A stretch of 64,000 nt of DNA from Squalus acanthias (lineage: Eukaryota): assembly GCA_030390025.1 (NCBI GenBank), contig CM059431.1:154816001-154880000 (forward strand). The letters run 5' to 3'. Position numbers and translations under genes: made by a program. This document shows, piece by piece, positions 37,011 through 50,690 of the stretch. Position 1 is the stretch's first letter; each line of letters starts with the position of its first letter. The notes under the pieces are model-generated. The model searched no databases. It saw only the letters and a list, made by a program, of their open reading frames with translations, and had not been told where the DNA came from.

Positions 37011-39619
37011 TTAGCGAGTTCCACATTCTCACCTCTTTTTGTATAAAGAAGTTTCTTCTGAATTCCCTGTTGAATTTCTTGGTGACCATTTTATATTAGT
37101 GGCCTCTAGTTATGCTCTTCCCAAAAGTGGAAACATTCTCTCTGTATCCTATCTTTCAAAATCTTTCTTAATTCTGAAGACCTCGAGTAGGTCACCCCTC
37201 AACCTTCTTTTATGAAGAGAAAAGTGACCCAGCATATTCATCCTTTCCTGATATGTATACCCTCGCATTTCTGCTATCATCCTCGTAAATCTTACTTGCA
37301 ACCTCTCCAGTGCTTTCATATGCTTTTTATAAGATGGCGACCAGAACTGTACGCAGTACTCTAAGTGTGGTCGAACCAAGGTTCGATACAGGTTTAGCAT
37401 AACGTCCCTACATTTCAATTACATCCCGGCCGAAATAAAACCTAGTCTATCCCATCCTCAATTTGGTGTGATCCGCAAATTTAGAAATTGTGTTTATGAT
37501 GCCTTATTCTAAATCGTTAAAATAAATAGTGAACAGCAATGGTCCCAGCATTGATCCTTGTGCAACACCACTACCTACGTCTGCCACTGTGAATAGCTCC
37601 CCTTTACTCCTACTCTCTGCTTTCTGCCCTGAAGCCAGAAAGCAGTCCATTCTGCTACTTTTCCCCTGACTCCGCATTCTCTGACCTTGTTGAATAGTCT
37701 TTTATGGTGTACCTTATAGAAGGCCTTTTTAAAATCTAGATAAATTACATCTACTGCATTACCATTGTCTACTCTCTCTGATATCTCTTCAAAAAATTCA
37801 ATGACGTTGGTCAAGCAAGACTTTCCCTTTTGCAATCTATGTTGAATATTCATTATTATACTTTTGGTTTCAAGATGCTCTTCTATTTTCTCCTTTAGTA
37901 TTGATTTCCCTATGTTTCCTACCACCGATGATATGCTGACTGGTCTATAATTCCCTGGACATGTTGTATCCCCCTTCTTAAATATCGGTATTACGTTAGC
38001 TAAACGGCCAGTCCGGTGGCACTAAACTTTTTTTCTAACCAATTATTAAAACTACATAGCAATGCTGCTTCTATCCCTTCCCTAGATTCATTTAAAATTC
38101 TTCGATGCAATCCATCCGGACCAGTGTTTTTATCCTCTTTGGGTTTGATTAATTTATTTAATATATATCCTTTTTTATTTTCATGCACTTATGTTATTAC
38201 TAATCTAATCATTCAATGTCATGTCCACCTGTTCTATCTCCCTGGTAAATACTGAGGCAAAATAATTATTTAATATTTCTGCCATCTTTCTATCGTTACC
38301 TGTGGTATTGTTCTGAGTATCACTTAATGGCCCTATTCCCATCCTAACCTACCTTTTTTTATTGATGTACCTATAAAATTATTTACTATTTTCTTTCATG
38401 TTCCTTGGCAATTTAATTTCATAGTTCCTCTTTGCCTCCCTGATTGTTTATTGACTTCTCTCCTAATCTTTTCGTATTTTATCTTATCATGCACTTCTCT
38501 TCAATCAGTGTACTTAATATATGCATCTTTCGTTATCCTCAATTTTTCACTTCTCGGTTTATTCATCCATGGAGTCTCATTATTGTTTAGTTTGTTCTTT
38601 CCTTTTAGCGGAATATATTTTTCATGCACTCTGTTGAACATCGTTTTAAATGTTTCCCATTGCATTTCTACATCGTTGTTTGCCAATATTGCTGCCTATT
38701 TTTGTTTCCCAAGTTCTATTCTCAGCCCCTCAAAATAAGCTGTTCTCCAATCTATTAACCTGGTTTTCGTCATACTTATGTCTTTCTCAATTATCATCTT
38801 AAAGCGTTTTATATTACCTTTACTTCTCTTATCTGCTCTGGTTCAATCCCCATTACTAGATCCAATATCGAATCCTCCTTTGTTGTCTTTTTACATATTG
38901 AGTTAGAAAGCAGGCCTGTACACATTGTAGGAACTCCCTTCCCTTATCCCCTTTACCTACCTCTTCTGTCCAATTAAAATCGGGTTGCTGAAATCCCCCA
39001 TGACTAATCTTCTATGTTTTCTACCCATTTCCCTAATTTTCTGCATACTTCTTCCTCCACACCCCTTCCACTATTAAGTGGTCTGTAGGGTACGTCTATT
39101 AGTGTGGTTAGACATTTATTATCTTACATCTCTATCCCCGTGGACTCAATTTTTGTCTAGCTGATATCTGCTTCACTTTTTTCTACTGCCATTCTTTATC
39201 CCTAATAAGTACAGCTACTCCACCTCCCCTTTTTCCCTCTCTATCTTTTCAACATGTATTATACCCTGTAATGTTTAAGTCCCAGTCCTGATTTTTCTGC
39301 AGCCATGTCTCAGTAATCCCTATTATGTCTGGTTACTCGCAACGTATGATTGCCTTCAGCTGCCCTGCTTTCTTACGGATACTGTGTGCATTGCTGTACA
39401 GACAGTTTAACTCTAGGATTTCCTCAACTTTAATTTTAAGCATTTTTTTTAGAATTCTGTTCTGCAAATCGATTTATTCCCTTGCAATGAATGTCCTCCC
39501 TTAATATATTATTTCCCGTGCTTCCTATAGATCCGATCCCCCGTAACCTGGAATCACAGATCTTCATCCGGAACAGTTGTAGGTTAATTTTTTGGACATA
39601 CACTTCAATATAAATATAT

Positions 39620-39945
39620 ACATTTTTATTCATTGAAGGGATGTGGGCGTCTCTGGCAAGGCCAGCATTTATTGCCATCTCTATTCCCCCTTGAGAAGAT
39701 GGCGGTTAGCCGCTTACATGAACCGCTGCAATGCCTGTGGTGAAGGTACTCCCACAATGCTGTTGGGGAGGGCGTGCCATGAGTTTGGCACAGCGACAAT
39801 TAATAAACGTGAACTTGGAAGGGGTGGTGATCCCAGGCGCCTGCTGCTCTTGTCCTTCTAGGTGGTAGAGGGCGCAGCTTTGGGAGGTACTTTCGAAGAA
39901 GCATTGACTAGTTGCCGCAGTGCATCTTGTAGATGATACAATCTG
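39620..39945 (-). mobile_element. LINE 3' end fragment (FADDCT family)
   Basis: Similar to 59155-59500 and 43235-43460. Confidence 0.6.
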
Positions 39946-41925
39946 CATCACGTCCAATTGGAAGTCCAATCCCTCTACACCTGCCTCCCCCACAAGGATG
40001 GCCTGAGGGCGCTCTGCTTCATCCTTGAACAGAGGCTCAAACAGTCCCCATCCACCACCACGGTCCTCCGCCTGTATGAATTGTTCACATCTTCAACAAT
40101 TTCTCCTCTGACTCCATTCACTTCCTCCAAATGAAAGGTGTCGTAATGTGAACCTTCACAGATCCAAGCTATGCCTGCTTTTTCGTGGGACATGTGGAAC
40201 ATTCTTTGTTCCAGTCGTGGTCAGGTCCCCTCCCTACCTCCTTTTCCGGTACATTGATGATTGTATCGGTGCTGTTTCCTGCTCTTGCCCTGAACTAGAA
40301 AATCTCATTCACTTTGCTTCCAATTTCCACCCTTGCCTCATCTTCACATGGTCCATTTCCGACTCTTCCCTTCCCTTCCTCGACTTTTCTGACTCCATCT
40401 CTGGGGATATGTTATTGACACGCATTCACTACAAGCCCACTGACACCCACAGCTGCCTTTACTACACTTCCTCCAACCCCGCTTCCTGTAAGGTCTCTAT
40501 TCCATTCTTCCAGTGTCTCCGTCTCCACCGCATCTGGCCCGACGATGCAACCTCCCATACTACTGCTTCAGACATGTCTTCCTTTTTCCTCAACGGACGA
40601 TTCCAATCTACTGTGGTTGACACTGCCATTGACATTGTCCGTTCTATTTCACCCATTTCTGCTCTCACCCCTTCACCACCCTCCTGGAACCACGATAGGG
40701 TTCCCCTGGTCTTCACCATTCACCGCACCAGCCTCCACATTCAACGGATCATCCTCCGGTTTTTCCTCCACCTCCAGCTTGATCCCACCACCAAATCCAT
40801 CTTCCCCTCAACTCCCCTTTCAGCATTCCGAAGGGACCACTCCCTCAGCGAGACTCAGGTTCACTCCTCTTTCACCCCAAAAACCCCTTCCCCTTCGTCC
40901 GGCACCTTCACTTGGAAGCACAGGAGATGCAACACAAGCCCTTTTACCACCTCCCTTCCCACTGACCAGGCCCCCAAACACTCCTTCCAGATGAAACAGC
41001 GATTTACTTGAACTTCTTGCAATTTATTGTACTTTACTCGCTGCTCACGATGAAGACTCCTCTACACTGGGGAGATCAAACGCAGATTGGGTGACCGCTT
41101 TGTGGAAACCTCCGTTAAGTCCGTAAGGGTGACCCCGAGCTTCTGGTCGCCTGTCACTTTAATTCACCGCTCCACTCCCACTCAGACCTCAGCGTACTCG
41201 GCCTCTTACACTGTTCCAATGAAGCTCAACGCAACCTCGAGGAACATCACCTCATCTTTAGATTAGACACTTTACAGCCTTCTGGATTCAACATAGATTT
41301 CAAACATTTCAGACCATAACCTCTGCCCTTATCTTTTTTCCAATTATTGTTTTTCTCTCTCTCGCTTTAGCAGCTGTATTTCATTCTGCCAGTGCCATTT
41401 ACACTTCATCTCGAGCCATCGTTTAGAAACATAGAAACATAGCAGATAGGAGCAGGAGTAGGCCATTCGGCCCCTCAAGCCTACTCCGCCATTCGATGAG
41501 ATCATGGCTGATCATCCAAACTCAGCACCCTGTACCTGCCTTCTCCCCATATCCCTTGATACCTATAGCTTTAAGAAATATATCTAACTCATTCTTGAAT
41601 TGTTTCTAACTTGTTCCGTTACCATCTCATTTTGCCTTGCACCATCATTTATTTTGTCTCTTAATCTCTCCTGCCTTCCATCTATTCACAGATCTTCCTT
41701 TTTGTTCTTTCCTCCCCCCCCTCTTTTCCCTGCCCCTGCACTTGCTTAGAACCCTGTTGCATCTCCAGCTTTTTCCACTTCTGTCGAAATGTTATCGACC
41801 TGAAACGTTATCTCTGTTTCTCTCTCCACAGATACTGCATGACCTGCTGAGTGTTGGCAGCATTTTATGTTTTTATTCCAGATTTCCAGCATCTGCAGTA
41901 TATTGTTTTTGTGTTAGAGTAATAC
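39945..41925 (+). mobile_element. Penelope-like element (RT + GIY-YIG), degenerate, with a CR1 tail inserted at about 41425-41600
   Basis: FRYIDDCIG, LPFLD and YKPTD motifs in ORF 40148-41011; GIY-YIG remnant LLYFTRCSR*RLLYTGEIKRRLGDRF at about 41020-41105; Penelope-type terminal region 41760-41910. Confidence 0.88.
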
Positions 41926-42869
41926 TTCCTGGTACAATTGCTTCCTAACAGTTGACCAGTTTGAGGCATTCCTCTTTACACACAGTGCTATATTTCTTAA
42001 AGTTTTTTGTTACTTTTCAAAATAATTTCCCGCATCTTCTGCAAACCACAGCAATAAAACTTGCAAATCTAAATTTATAAATTGACGAGATGCCACAAAA
42101 CCCCACTTTTCACGATGGACTTGAATTGTCCATCCATTCTGAACTCCATTCTTTGCAATGTGTTCTAGGTGCAGCTATCAGGAAATACTGAAGTGGCTTG
42201 GCTCTTTTCTATAGAAACACCAGCAACATCAGGCACACAAGCAGCAGCAGTTGCAATACCAACCTTCTCCGATAGCACCTGATTCTGCACAGGAAAGAGT
42301 GCATCAGCACCCGAGTTCAGTGCTGTCCGAGAATCCAGTGGTCGCCTCACCATGGCCAAAATTACTTCACTTGACGCTAAACACCCTGGCTGACACATGC
42401 TTTGCGAGGTTGACTCCACCAACACCAACACCATATCTCATCGCTACAATATCCAAGCCATTATTTTCACACTCATTAGCATTCTAGGGTACTGTTATGT
42501 CTCACCATTCACTGTAACTCGCTAAGCCACTTCCAGTGGTGCACACACATCTGTCCAAGAAGGGAAAGTGTTGAAAATAGAGATTTCAATATTTCACAGC
42601 ACGTTAACATAAACTTTACATCAACATAGGATAAAATACCCAAGTAGCTACCGTTGTCTGTTGTTAGTTGCTATGATTCCATTGGATGAGGGTAAGTGTG
42701 AGGGGTGGCTAGTAAATGGGGATGTGATAACGTAGATGGAGAAAGAAGGTTAAGTGAAGGTGCAAAGTTATGTTGGTGCGACTAAGGATGTGCTGGAGAA
42801 GGGTAGAGAAGGCAGGTGATGGGGATGTGATGAGAGGCACAGCAGGATGAAGGTGACTGTGGCTTTGTT

Positions 42870-42985
42870 TTAACGTTTCGTTATCTAATGGGATCATTGA
42901 ACCGTTTTTGGCACTGCAACCAGGTACTCCTGACGACATCATTGCTTGTGACCTGCTCTGCAATGTGTAACCAGGTGGCTCCGCT
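42870..42985 (-). mobile_element. Degenerate Harbinger Myb/SANT-like remnant
   Basis: Minus strand reads TWLHIAEQVTSNDVVRSTWLQCQKRFND. Confidence 0.55.
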
Positions 42986-43234
42986 TCGACCACTTCCGTC
43001 TCACCGAGTTCCACACCACTCGCTGCATAAAAAAGTTTTTCCTCACATCCACCCTGTATCTCATGTCTAAACTTTAAATCTGTGGCCCCTAGTCCTAGTC
43101 CCATCAGCTAGTGGGAACAGCCTTTCCCCGTCTAACCTATCCAGAACCTTCTTAATCTTGTACAACTTTATCTAATCACCCCTTAACTTCTTTTCCTCTA
43201 ATAAAACAAATCCAGCTTCTCCAACCTGTCACGT

Positions 43235-46200
43235 ATTCCCACAGTGCTGTTAGGGAGGGAGATTCACGATTTTGACCCAACGACGATGAAAGATTGGCGA
43301 TATACTTCCAAGTCAGGATGGTGTATGACTTGGAAGGGAACTTGCAGGTGGTGGTGTTCCCATGCGCCTGCTGCCCTTGTCTTTCTAGGTAGTTGAGGCC
43401 GCGGGTTTGAGAGGTGCTGCCGAAGAAGCCTTGGCGTGTTGCTGCAGTGCATCTTATAGATGGTATACACTGCAGCCACGTACACCGATGGTGGAGGGAG
43501 TGAATGTTTAAGGTGGTGGATGGGGTGCCAATCAAGTGTACTGCTTTGTCCTGGATGTTCGAGCTTCTTGAGTTTTGTTGGAGCTGCACTCATCCAGACA
43601 AGTTGTGAGTATTCCATCGCACTCCTTACTTTTGCGTTTTAGATGTTGGAAATGCTTTGGGAGTCAGGAAGTGAGACACACGCCGCAGAATACCTAGCCT
43701 CTGACCTGCTCTTGTTGCCATAGTATTATGTGGCTAGCCCAGTTAAGTTTCTGGTCAATGGTAACCCCCAGGATATTGATGGAGGGGAATTCGACGATGT
43801 TAATGCCGTTGCATTTAAAGGGGTGATGGTCAGACTCTCGCTTGTTGGAGACAGTCATTGCCTGGCACTTTTGAGGCGTGAATGTTACCTGCCACTTATC
43901 AGCCCGAGCCTCAATATCGTCCAGGTTTTATTGCATGCCGGCATGCAGTGCTTCTTTATCGGAGGTGTTGCGAATGGCACTGAACACTGTGCAGTCATCA
44001 GCGAACATCCCCATTTCTGACCTTATGTTGGAGGGAAGGTCTTTGATGAAGCATCTGAAGGTGGTTGGGCCTAAGACACTGCCCTGAGGAACACATACAG
44101 CAATGTCCTCGGGCTGTGATGATTCAACTTCAACCACCACAACCATCTTCCTATGTGTTAGGTATGACGCCAGCCCGTGGAGAGAATACCCCTCGATTCC
44201 CACAGACTAAAATTTCACTAGGGCGACTTGATGACATACTCGATCAAATGCTGCATTGATTTGAAGGGCAGTCACTCTCACCTCACCTGTGGAATACAGC
44301 TCTTTTTTCCATATTTGGCCCAAGACTGTAATGAGGTCATGAGCCGAGTGGACTTAGCGTAACCCAAACTTGGCATCAGTGAGCAGGTTATTGCTGAGTA
44401 AGTGCTGCTTGATAGCACTGATGATAAAACCTTCCCGCACTTTGCTGATGATTGAGAGTAGACTGATTGGGCGGTAATTGGCAGGCTTGGCTTTGTCCTG
44501 CTTTATGTGAACAGGACACACCTGGTTAGTTTTCCACATTGTTGGATAGCTACACAGTGTTGTAGCTGTAATGGAACAGCTTGGATAGATGCACGGCTAG
44601 TCCTGGCGCGCAAGTCTTCAGAACCATAGCCGGGATGTTGTCGTGGCCCATAACATTTACTGTATCCAAACCGCTCAGCCGTTTCTTGATATCACATGGA
44701 ATGTCTCGAATTGGCTGAAGTCTGTCTTCTGTGATCGTCAGGAGCAGGCCGATATGGATCATCACTTGGCACTTCCGGCTGAAGATAGTTGCAAACACTT
44801 CAGCCTTGTATTTTTCACTCACGTGCTGGGCTACACCGTCATTGAGGATGGAGTATTCATGGAGCCTCCTCCCGTTAGTTGTTTAATGGTCCACCATCAT
44901 TCTCGACTGGATGTGGTAGGACTGCAGAACTTTGATCTGATACATTGATTCTGGGATCGCTTAGCACTCTCTATAGCATGCTGCTTCCGCTTTTATAGCA
45001 TTCATGTAGTCCTGCGTTGCAGCTTCCCCAATTTGGCACCTTATTTTTAGGTGCGCGTGGTGCTGCTGCTGGCATGCTCTTCCACACTTCTTATTGAACT
45101 AGGGTTGGTCCCCTGGCTTGAAGATAATTGTAGATTGAGGGATATACCGAGGCATGAGTTTACAGATTGTGGTGGAATACAACTCTGCTGCCCAACAGCT
45201 CCTCGTGGATGCCCAATTTTGAACTGTTGGATCTATCCCATTTAGCACGTTCGCAGTGCCACACAACATGATGGAGGGTATCCTCAATCTGAAGACGGAA
45301 CTTCATCTCCACAATGGCCGTGCGATGGTCACTGCTAACAATACTGTCATGGGCAGATGCATCTGCGACAGGTAGAGTGGTGAGGACGAGATCAAGACAG
45401 TTTTTCCCTCGTGTTTGTTCTCTCACCACGCCTCGCAGGCCCAGACTACCAGATATGTCCTTCAGCATTCGGCCAGCAGTGATGCTACCGAGGCACTCTT
45501 GGTAATGGACATTGAAGACCCCCACCCAGAATGCATTCTGTGCCCTTGCTGCTTCTTCCAAGTGGCGTTCCACATTAAGGAGTACTGATTCATCAGCTGA
45601 GGGAGGCGCTAATCTGCAGGAGGTTTCCTTGCCAATCCATGCTTGACCTGAAGCCATAAGACTTCGTTGGGTTTGGAGTCAATGTTGTGGACTCCCAGGG
45701 ACACACCTTTCCCGACTGTAGACTACTGTGCTGCCACCCCTAGTTGGTCTGACCAGCTGTTGAGAGAGTACATAACACAGTAACGGCGATGGAGGAGTTT
45801 GGGACATTGGCTGAAAGGTATGATTCTGTGAGTATGACTATATTAGGTTGTTGCTTAACTATTCAGTGTGACGATTTGGGCACAATTCCCTAGATGTTGC
45901 TGAGGAGGACTTTATAGGATCGGCTGACCTGGGTGTGCCATTGCCGTGTCCGTAGTAGGTGCCGAGTTGTCCGTCATGTTCCATTTTTATTCGTAGCGGT
46001 TTGTTATAACTGAGTGGCTTGTTAGGCCATTTCAGAACCCAGTTGAGAGTCAAACACATAGGCCAGCACCTTTTCTTTCCTAAAGGACATTAATGATGTA
46101 GTTTTTACGTCAATCCGTTAGTTTCGGACAGATTTATATCATTAACTGAATTTAAATTCCCCAGTTGCCATGATGGGATTTGAACTCACAGCTCTGGATC

Positions 46201-46259
46201 ATTAATCCAAGACCTTTGCTTTACTAGCCCAGTAATATTACCACGACGCTACCGTTCCC
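43235..46259 (-). mobile_element. Degenerate EN-RT LINE (FADDCT family) with tRNA-like 5' head
   Basis: EN start VLLSNI.GIVPK...KQQPNIVILTESYL at about 45910-45815; SSDH; YRPISLLSIISK; VPQGSVLGP; MFADDCT. Pol III A/B-box-like head at 46155-46259. Confidence 0.8.
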
Positions 46260-46261
46260 TT

Positions 46262-46522
46262 AATTGGCAAAAGAGCCAGAGATGATATGAGGGAAGAAAT
46301 ATGCAGAAACTTGTTATGATTTGGAATTCACTACCTGAAAGAATGCTGGAAGAATATACAATAGTAACTTTAGAAAAGGATTTTGATAAATACTTGAAAG
46401 GAAACAATTACAAAATTCACTAGGAAGAGCGGGGCGAGTGGAACTAATTGGAGAGCTCTGTGAAGGAATCGGAACAAGCACGGTGGGCCGAATGGTATAC
46501 TTCTGTGCTGTATCATTCTTTG
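46262..46522 (+). mobile_element. CR1 3' tail fragment
   Basis: Similar to 7565-7813 (gtggaactaattgga...gggccgaatgg...gctgtatcattc). Confidence 0.65.
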
Positions 46523-49039
46523 ATACTTTGGTTCTATAGAGAGATTACGATCAGTTATCTTTTCGATATAGTGAATATTCGTTAACAGTAACCGGGTCAT
46601 TTTTTGTTCAGCTCATCATGCCTTAGTCTTTTGCAAATAACTCCGTTTTATTGAGATGATATAGTGTCGTTTAAAAGTAATAAATTCAGAAAAATACAAC
46701 GATAATGTGATAATATCCGCAAACAATATTTCTAGACTAAAATCAGTCAAAGTCTAGACCCAACCCAGTGCGTCACAGCTCATGACAGTCCATCCATTAC
46801 TCAGTGGACCTATTGGGAGATCTGTTTGGTTGAACCAAACAAAATTAGGTTAATGATTGAGATAAAGCAGTGGAGATAAATTCAACTTCGCCGATGGCGA
46901 AAAACAGTTGATATTGAACTGGCTGCCCGATGGAATGGAAAATCATGCAGAGTCTGTATTTGGGGACCAATTTGGCATCACGCATTTTTTATCACTGCAG
47001 CCGCGATAGATGCTGATTGCAGTTGTTGGACGGAAGAGAACAATAATACGGATCACTCAGTCCTTTGAAATCAACGCCCCAATGCAAAGGTGATAAGTAT
47101 ATCCCGCTCACCCAAATGTTGTCCAGGTACAGACCTTGGGAGGAGCAGATTTCAGTTCCAAGAAACACAACTAGACTCCTCTTGTATTTTTTCGTTGTTC
47201 GATCCACAGCTTCTTTTCCTTACCTGTGCCATTTTTATAACAGGCAATTAAAACAAGTATTGCCTCTGTTATGCATTTTGCTGAAAACAGGAAGTAAATA
47301 AGTGCTGTCCACGTTCAGAAAACTGTGAAATTTACTTCAGTGAAACCAAGGTTAGGTCCTCATTGTCAAGGTACACTTTGATCAATAATGTGAGCATGCA
47401 GTGAAGACTCATATCAATCTGCCACTCCCTCAATTTTCACAATATTTTCATTCTCTTGTTGTGTATGCCTGCTTATCTGAGACTGTTAACTCGTATCTAT
47501 ACCATTGAGGTAATTTATGCTCTACGTACTACATAAATGTTCTGAAATGACAACTTGTCCTTCTGTCAAATCTAACACTCAAACCTTTTACAAACATGGC
47601 TGTCAGTTTGTTAAATCTTGTAAAATGTCTTTGACGCCTGAAGTTCTGGTTAACTCGGTCCATCTAACCGGTTGCAGTTAAAGTTTCCTCAGCAGACCGC
47701 CAACACAAGAAAAGTAAAAAACATTCTTACCTGAATGTGGAACCAATAATTACAGGAGTTCCCCTGTTGACCTCAGAGTAAAACCACGCGACCATGCGGG
47801 CACTACTCTGAATTGCCTCTCTCACTCGCTCGATGTTTGCCTCCCTCGCTCTTCTAACAGTCCCACACTCTCTCAGCGGACCACTTATCTCTCGCTCCTA
47901 TTTGGTCGCCCTTCTTCGCGGTCATATTGAACACTCCCATTCGCCCTTCCAGACCATCGACATTAAAATCATTGTTCATGTGCCAGTTTCCTGGGAAAGC
48001 TTAGCTGGTCTCTACACCTCCCAAGTCTGCTGTAAACAAGGCCCGAGGCCCAATATCGGGTGGGTCGGCGGTAATTATGACTTTGCGTGATGATGTAAAA
48101 TGTGCGATAGCGAATCAAAAGTATTAGCGAATGTTGTCAATGAAAACCAAAACCGGGAGAGGTATAATAGCGGCTGCCCATTCACTTCTGCATGTTTTAA
48201 TGTCATCACAAAATAAGAAAATCACAATGACACACTCCTCCCGGTGACCAGTTCCGGCCAGACTGCACGAAACAATTTCCAGGCCTTTGTCGTTAATTTC
48301 TTCGAAAAAAATGTATAGTTATAGATATTTACTCGATCGATTTAAATAATTCCACCATGTCTGCTTGAAGCTAATCATGCCCAATCTATAACCTCCAGAA
48401 ATAACGTTCCAGGTCAAAGAACTTATTTGTCAGAAATTTTTCATTATTCCAAGCAAAGCTCTATTGTTTTTTTATTTCTCGCATTTATGTTATCAATATT
48501 TTACATTGTTTTTCTCCCAACTTTGGAATTAGAGTGCTGAACCGTTAATTTATATTTCCTGTGGCATAACTGAAGGTTTGCTCCCATCAATAAGGAGTTA
48601 CCTTAACACTTACCACAACAACTCCTGCATCTGGTTGAAGCATTCCCCCCTACATTGTATCTATCCTGCCACTATGACCTGTTTAGTTGGAGACCAAAAG
48701 TTCTGTGCAGCACCCGCCCGCTTTGAATGGGGTCCCATTGTTTAAAAAAAAGAAAACCGTGATCCTCTACACCTGAGCATTAAACACGCGTTGGCCGGCC
48801 TAATTATTCCCGGTTGTCTACATTTCCACGTGGCACGGGTAATGATATACTAAATCGTTCTTCCTGTTGCCATAATTTATTATGATGGAGCCCAATCAAT
48901 ACTGGATCATAATAAGGATTGTAAAAATAAGGAACGCGGGAATTTCTTGAAATATTTATTTAAATGTGTCTGGCCCAGTTACAGATTTTAAGTTCAGGTC
49001 TACGAATATTATTGCTGAATATCTGAATCTTTGCTTTAG

Positions 49040-49600
49040 AAAAAGAAGCTTCTCCCTGTGGAGTCACCATGACTGAGAATCCGGAAGAGAACTCCCGGGG
49101 AACAAAAGTTTCGCTCGACCGCACTCATCGTTGTCACGAACTGGACAATGTAAACACAAAGCCTGATGATCGAACTGAACATTTGCACAAGGGACCTGAC
49201 ACAGAAACGGCTGTCATTCCAGAAGGATTGTTTCAAGATACAGCCACTTTATTGACTAACAATGAGAGCCATAAAGAAAAGGACAATGTGGAAAATATCC
49301 CTGCAATAACTGACAGGAGCACCGCGGCAGCTGGTCACAGGGTTGAATGTCACAAGAAAGAATTGGAAGAAAGTGTTCCCACTGGGACCGAATCTCACAC
49401 CAATATATCTGTAAAGAACCGTCCTGTCACTATCAAGCCTGAAATATTTCATCGTAACCAAGAGGAAAATGCTCCTAGGGAAACTGTGCTCAGCACGGAT
49501 ACTTACGATGTGAGCCCCACACACATATTGAATGAAGATCGAAATCCACGGCTGCAAGAAAAAGCAGCCAGCGGGAATGACAAAAGATTATACACATCCG
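49040..49600 (+). CDS. Acidic low-complexity exon, copy 1 (may contain the start codon at 49069)
   Basis: ctttgctttag|AA acceptor and TCCG|gtgagt donor; 561 bp open, phase 1-1; ACCATG at 49069. Confidence 0.7.
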
Positions 49601-50690
49601 GTGAGTTTGCTCTTTCTGTTGCACTGATATAACCGCAATTATTTAAATTCAATCCAGTAAACCTCAATATTGGGTGGTTCTCAGGCCTACCCTTTTTGGT
49701 GCAGTGCTTGTTGCCGGCTGTAATTGTGGCGTCGTGTGGTGATGTAAAATGGGCGACAGCGAATCAAAAGTAGCAGCGAATGTAAACAATGGAAGTCAAA
49801 ATCGGGAGAGATGTAAAAACGGCTGCCCAATCAAATCAGCATATCTAAATATATCTCACAATAAAAAGTCACAATTACTCACACCTCCCGGTACCCAGTT
49901 CGCGCCAGCCAGCACAAAACAATTTCTAGGCCATTGTCGATTATTTCTTTAAAACAAATATCGTTACAGATATTTAATCGATCGATTTGCATCATTCCTC
50001 CATGTCTGCCTGAAGATAATCATGTCCAATCTGTAAACCCCTAAAATAACGTTCCAGGTCACAGGTCTTATTTGTCAGACATTTTTCATTAATCCAAGTA
50101 AAGCTCTTTTGTGTTTTACGTCTCGTATTTCCATTATTAACATTTTACATTGCTTTTCTCCCAACATTGGAATTAGCGTTATGAACAGTTAATTTATATT
50201 TGCTCTGGAATAACTGAAGCTTTGCTTCAATCAGTAAGGTGATTCTCTGAGACCTACGACATAAACCCCTGCATCTGGTTGAGATATTCCCCCTCCATTC
50301 TATCTATAATGCCACTATGACCTGTTTAGTTGCAGACCAGCAGTTCTGTAAAGCACCCGCCCACTTTTGAACGGTTTCCCATTGTTTAAAAAAACGAAAA
50401 CCGTGATCCTCTACACCTAACTCCAAACACGCGTTGGCCTGCCTAATTATTCCGGGTTGTCTTCATTTCCACCTGGCACTGGTAATGATACACTTAATCG
50501 TTCTTCATATTGCCATAATTTATTATGATGGAGATCAATCAATATTGGATCATAATAAGGATTGTATAAATAAGGAACGCGTGAATTTCTTGAAATATTT
50601 ATTTAAATGTGTCTGGCCCAGTTACAGATATTAAGGTCAGGTCTACCAATATTATTGCTGAATATCTGAATCTTTGTTTTGTAAATGAAG

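Larger units (their letters stand above)
33740..39420 (-). mobile_element. CR1 LINE remnant interrupted at about 33938/37010
   Basis: The 3' tail 33740-33938 rejoins at 37012 (gcttcaaccactccc | agcgagttccacattctcacc). RT and EN fragments lie at 37149-39400. Confidence 0.8.

Noticed and set aside
42169..42282. Possible host exon after the ttctag acceptor
   Set aside because: The phase 0 reading hits a stop after 37 codons and would not match the upstream phase-1 donor; it is adjacent to Harbinger remnants.
46155..46259. Functional tRNA gene
   Set aside because: A/B-box-like motifs only, with an over-long spacer and no convincing cloverleaf; it is a retroelement head.
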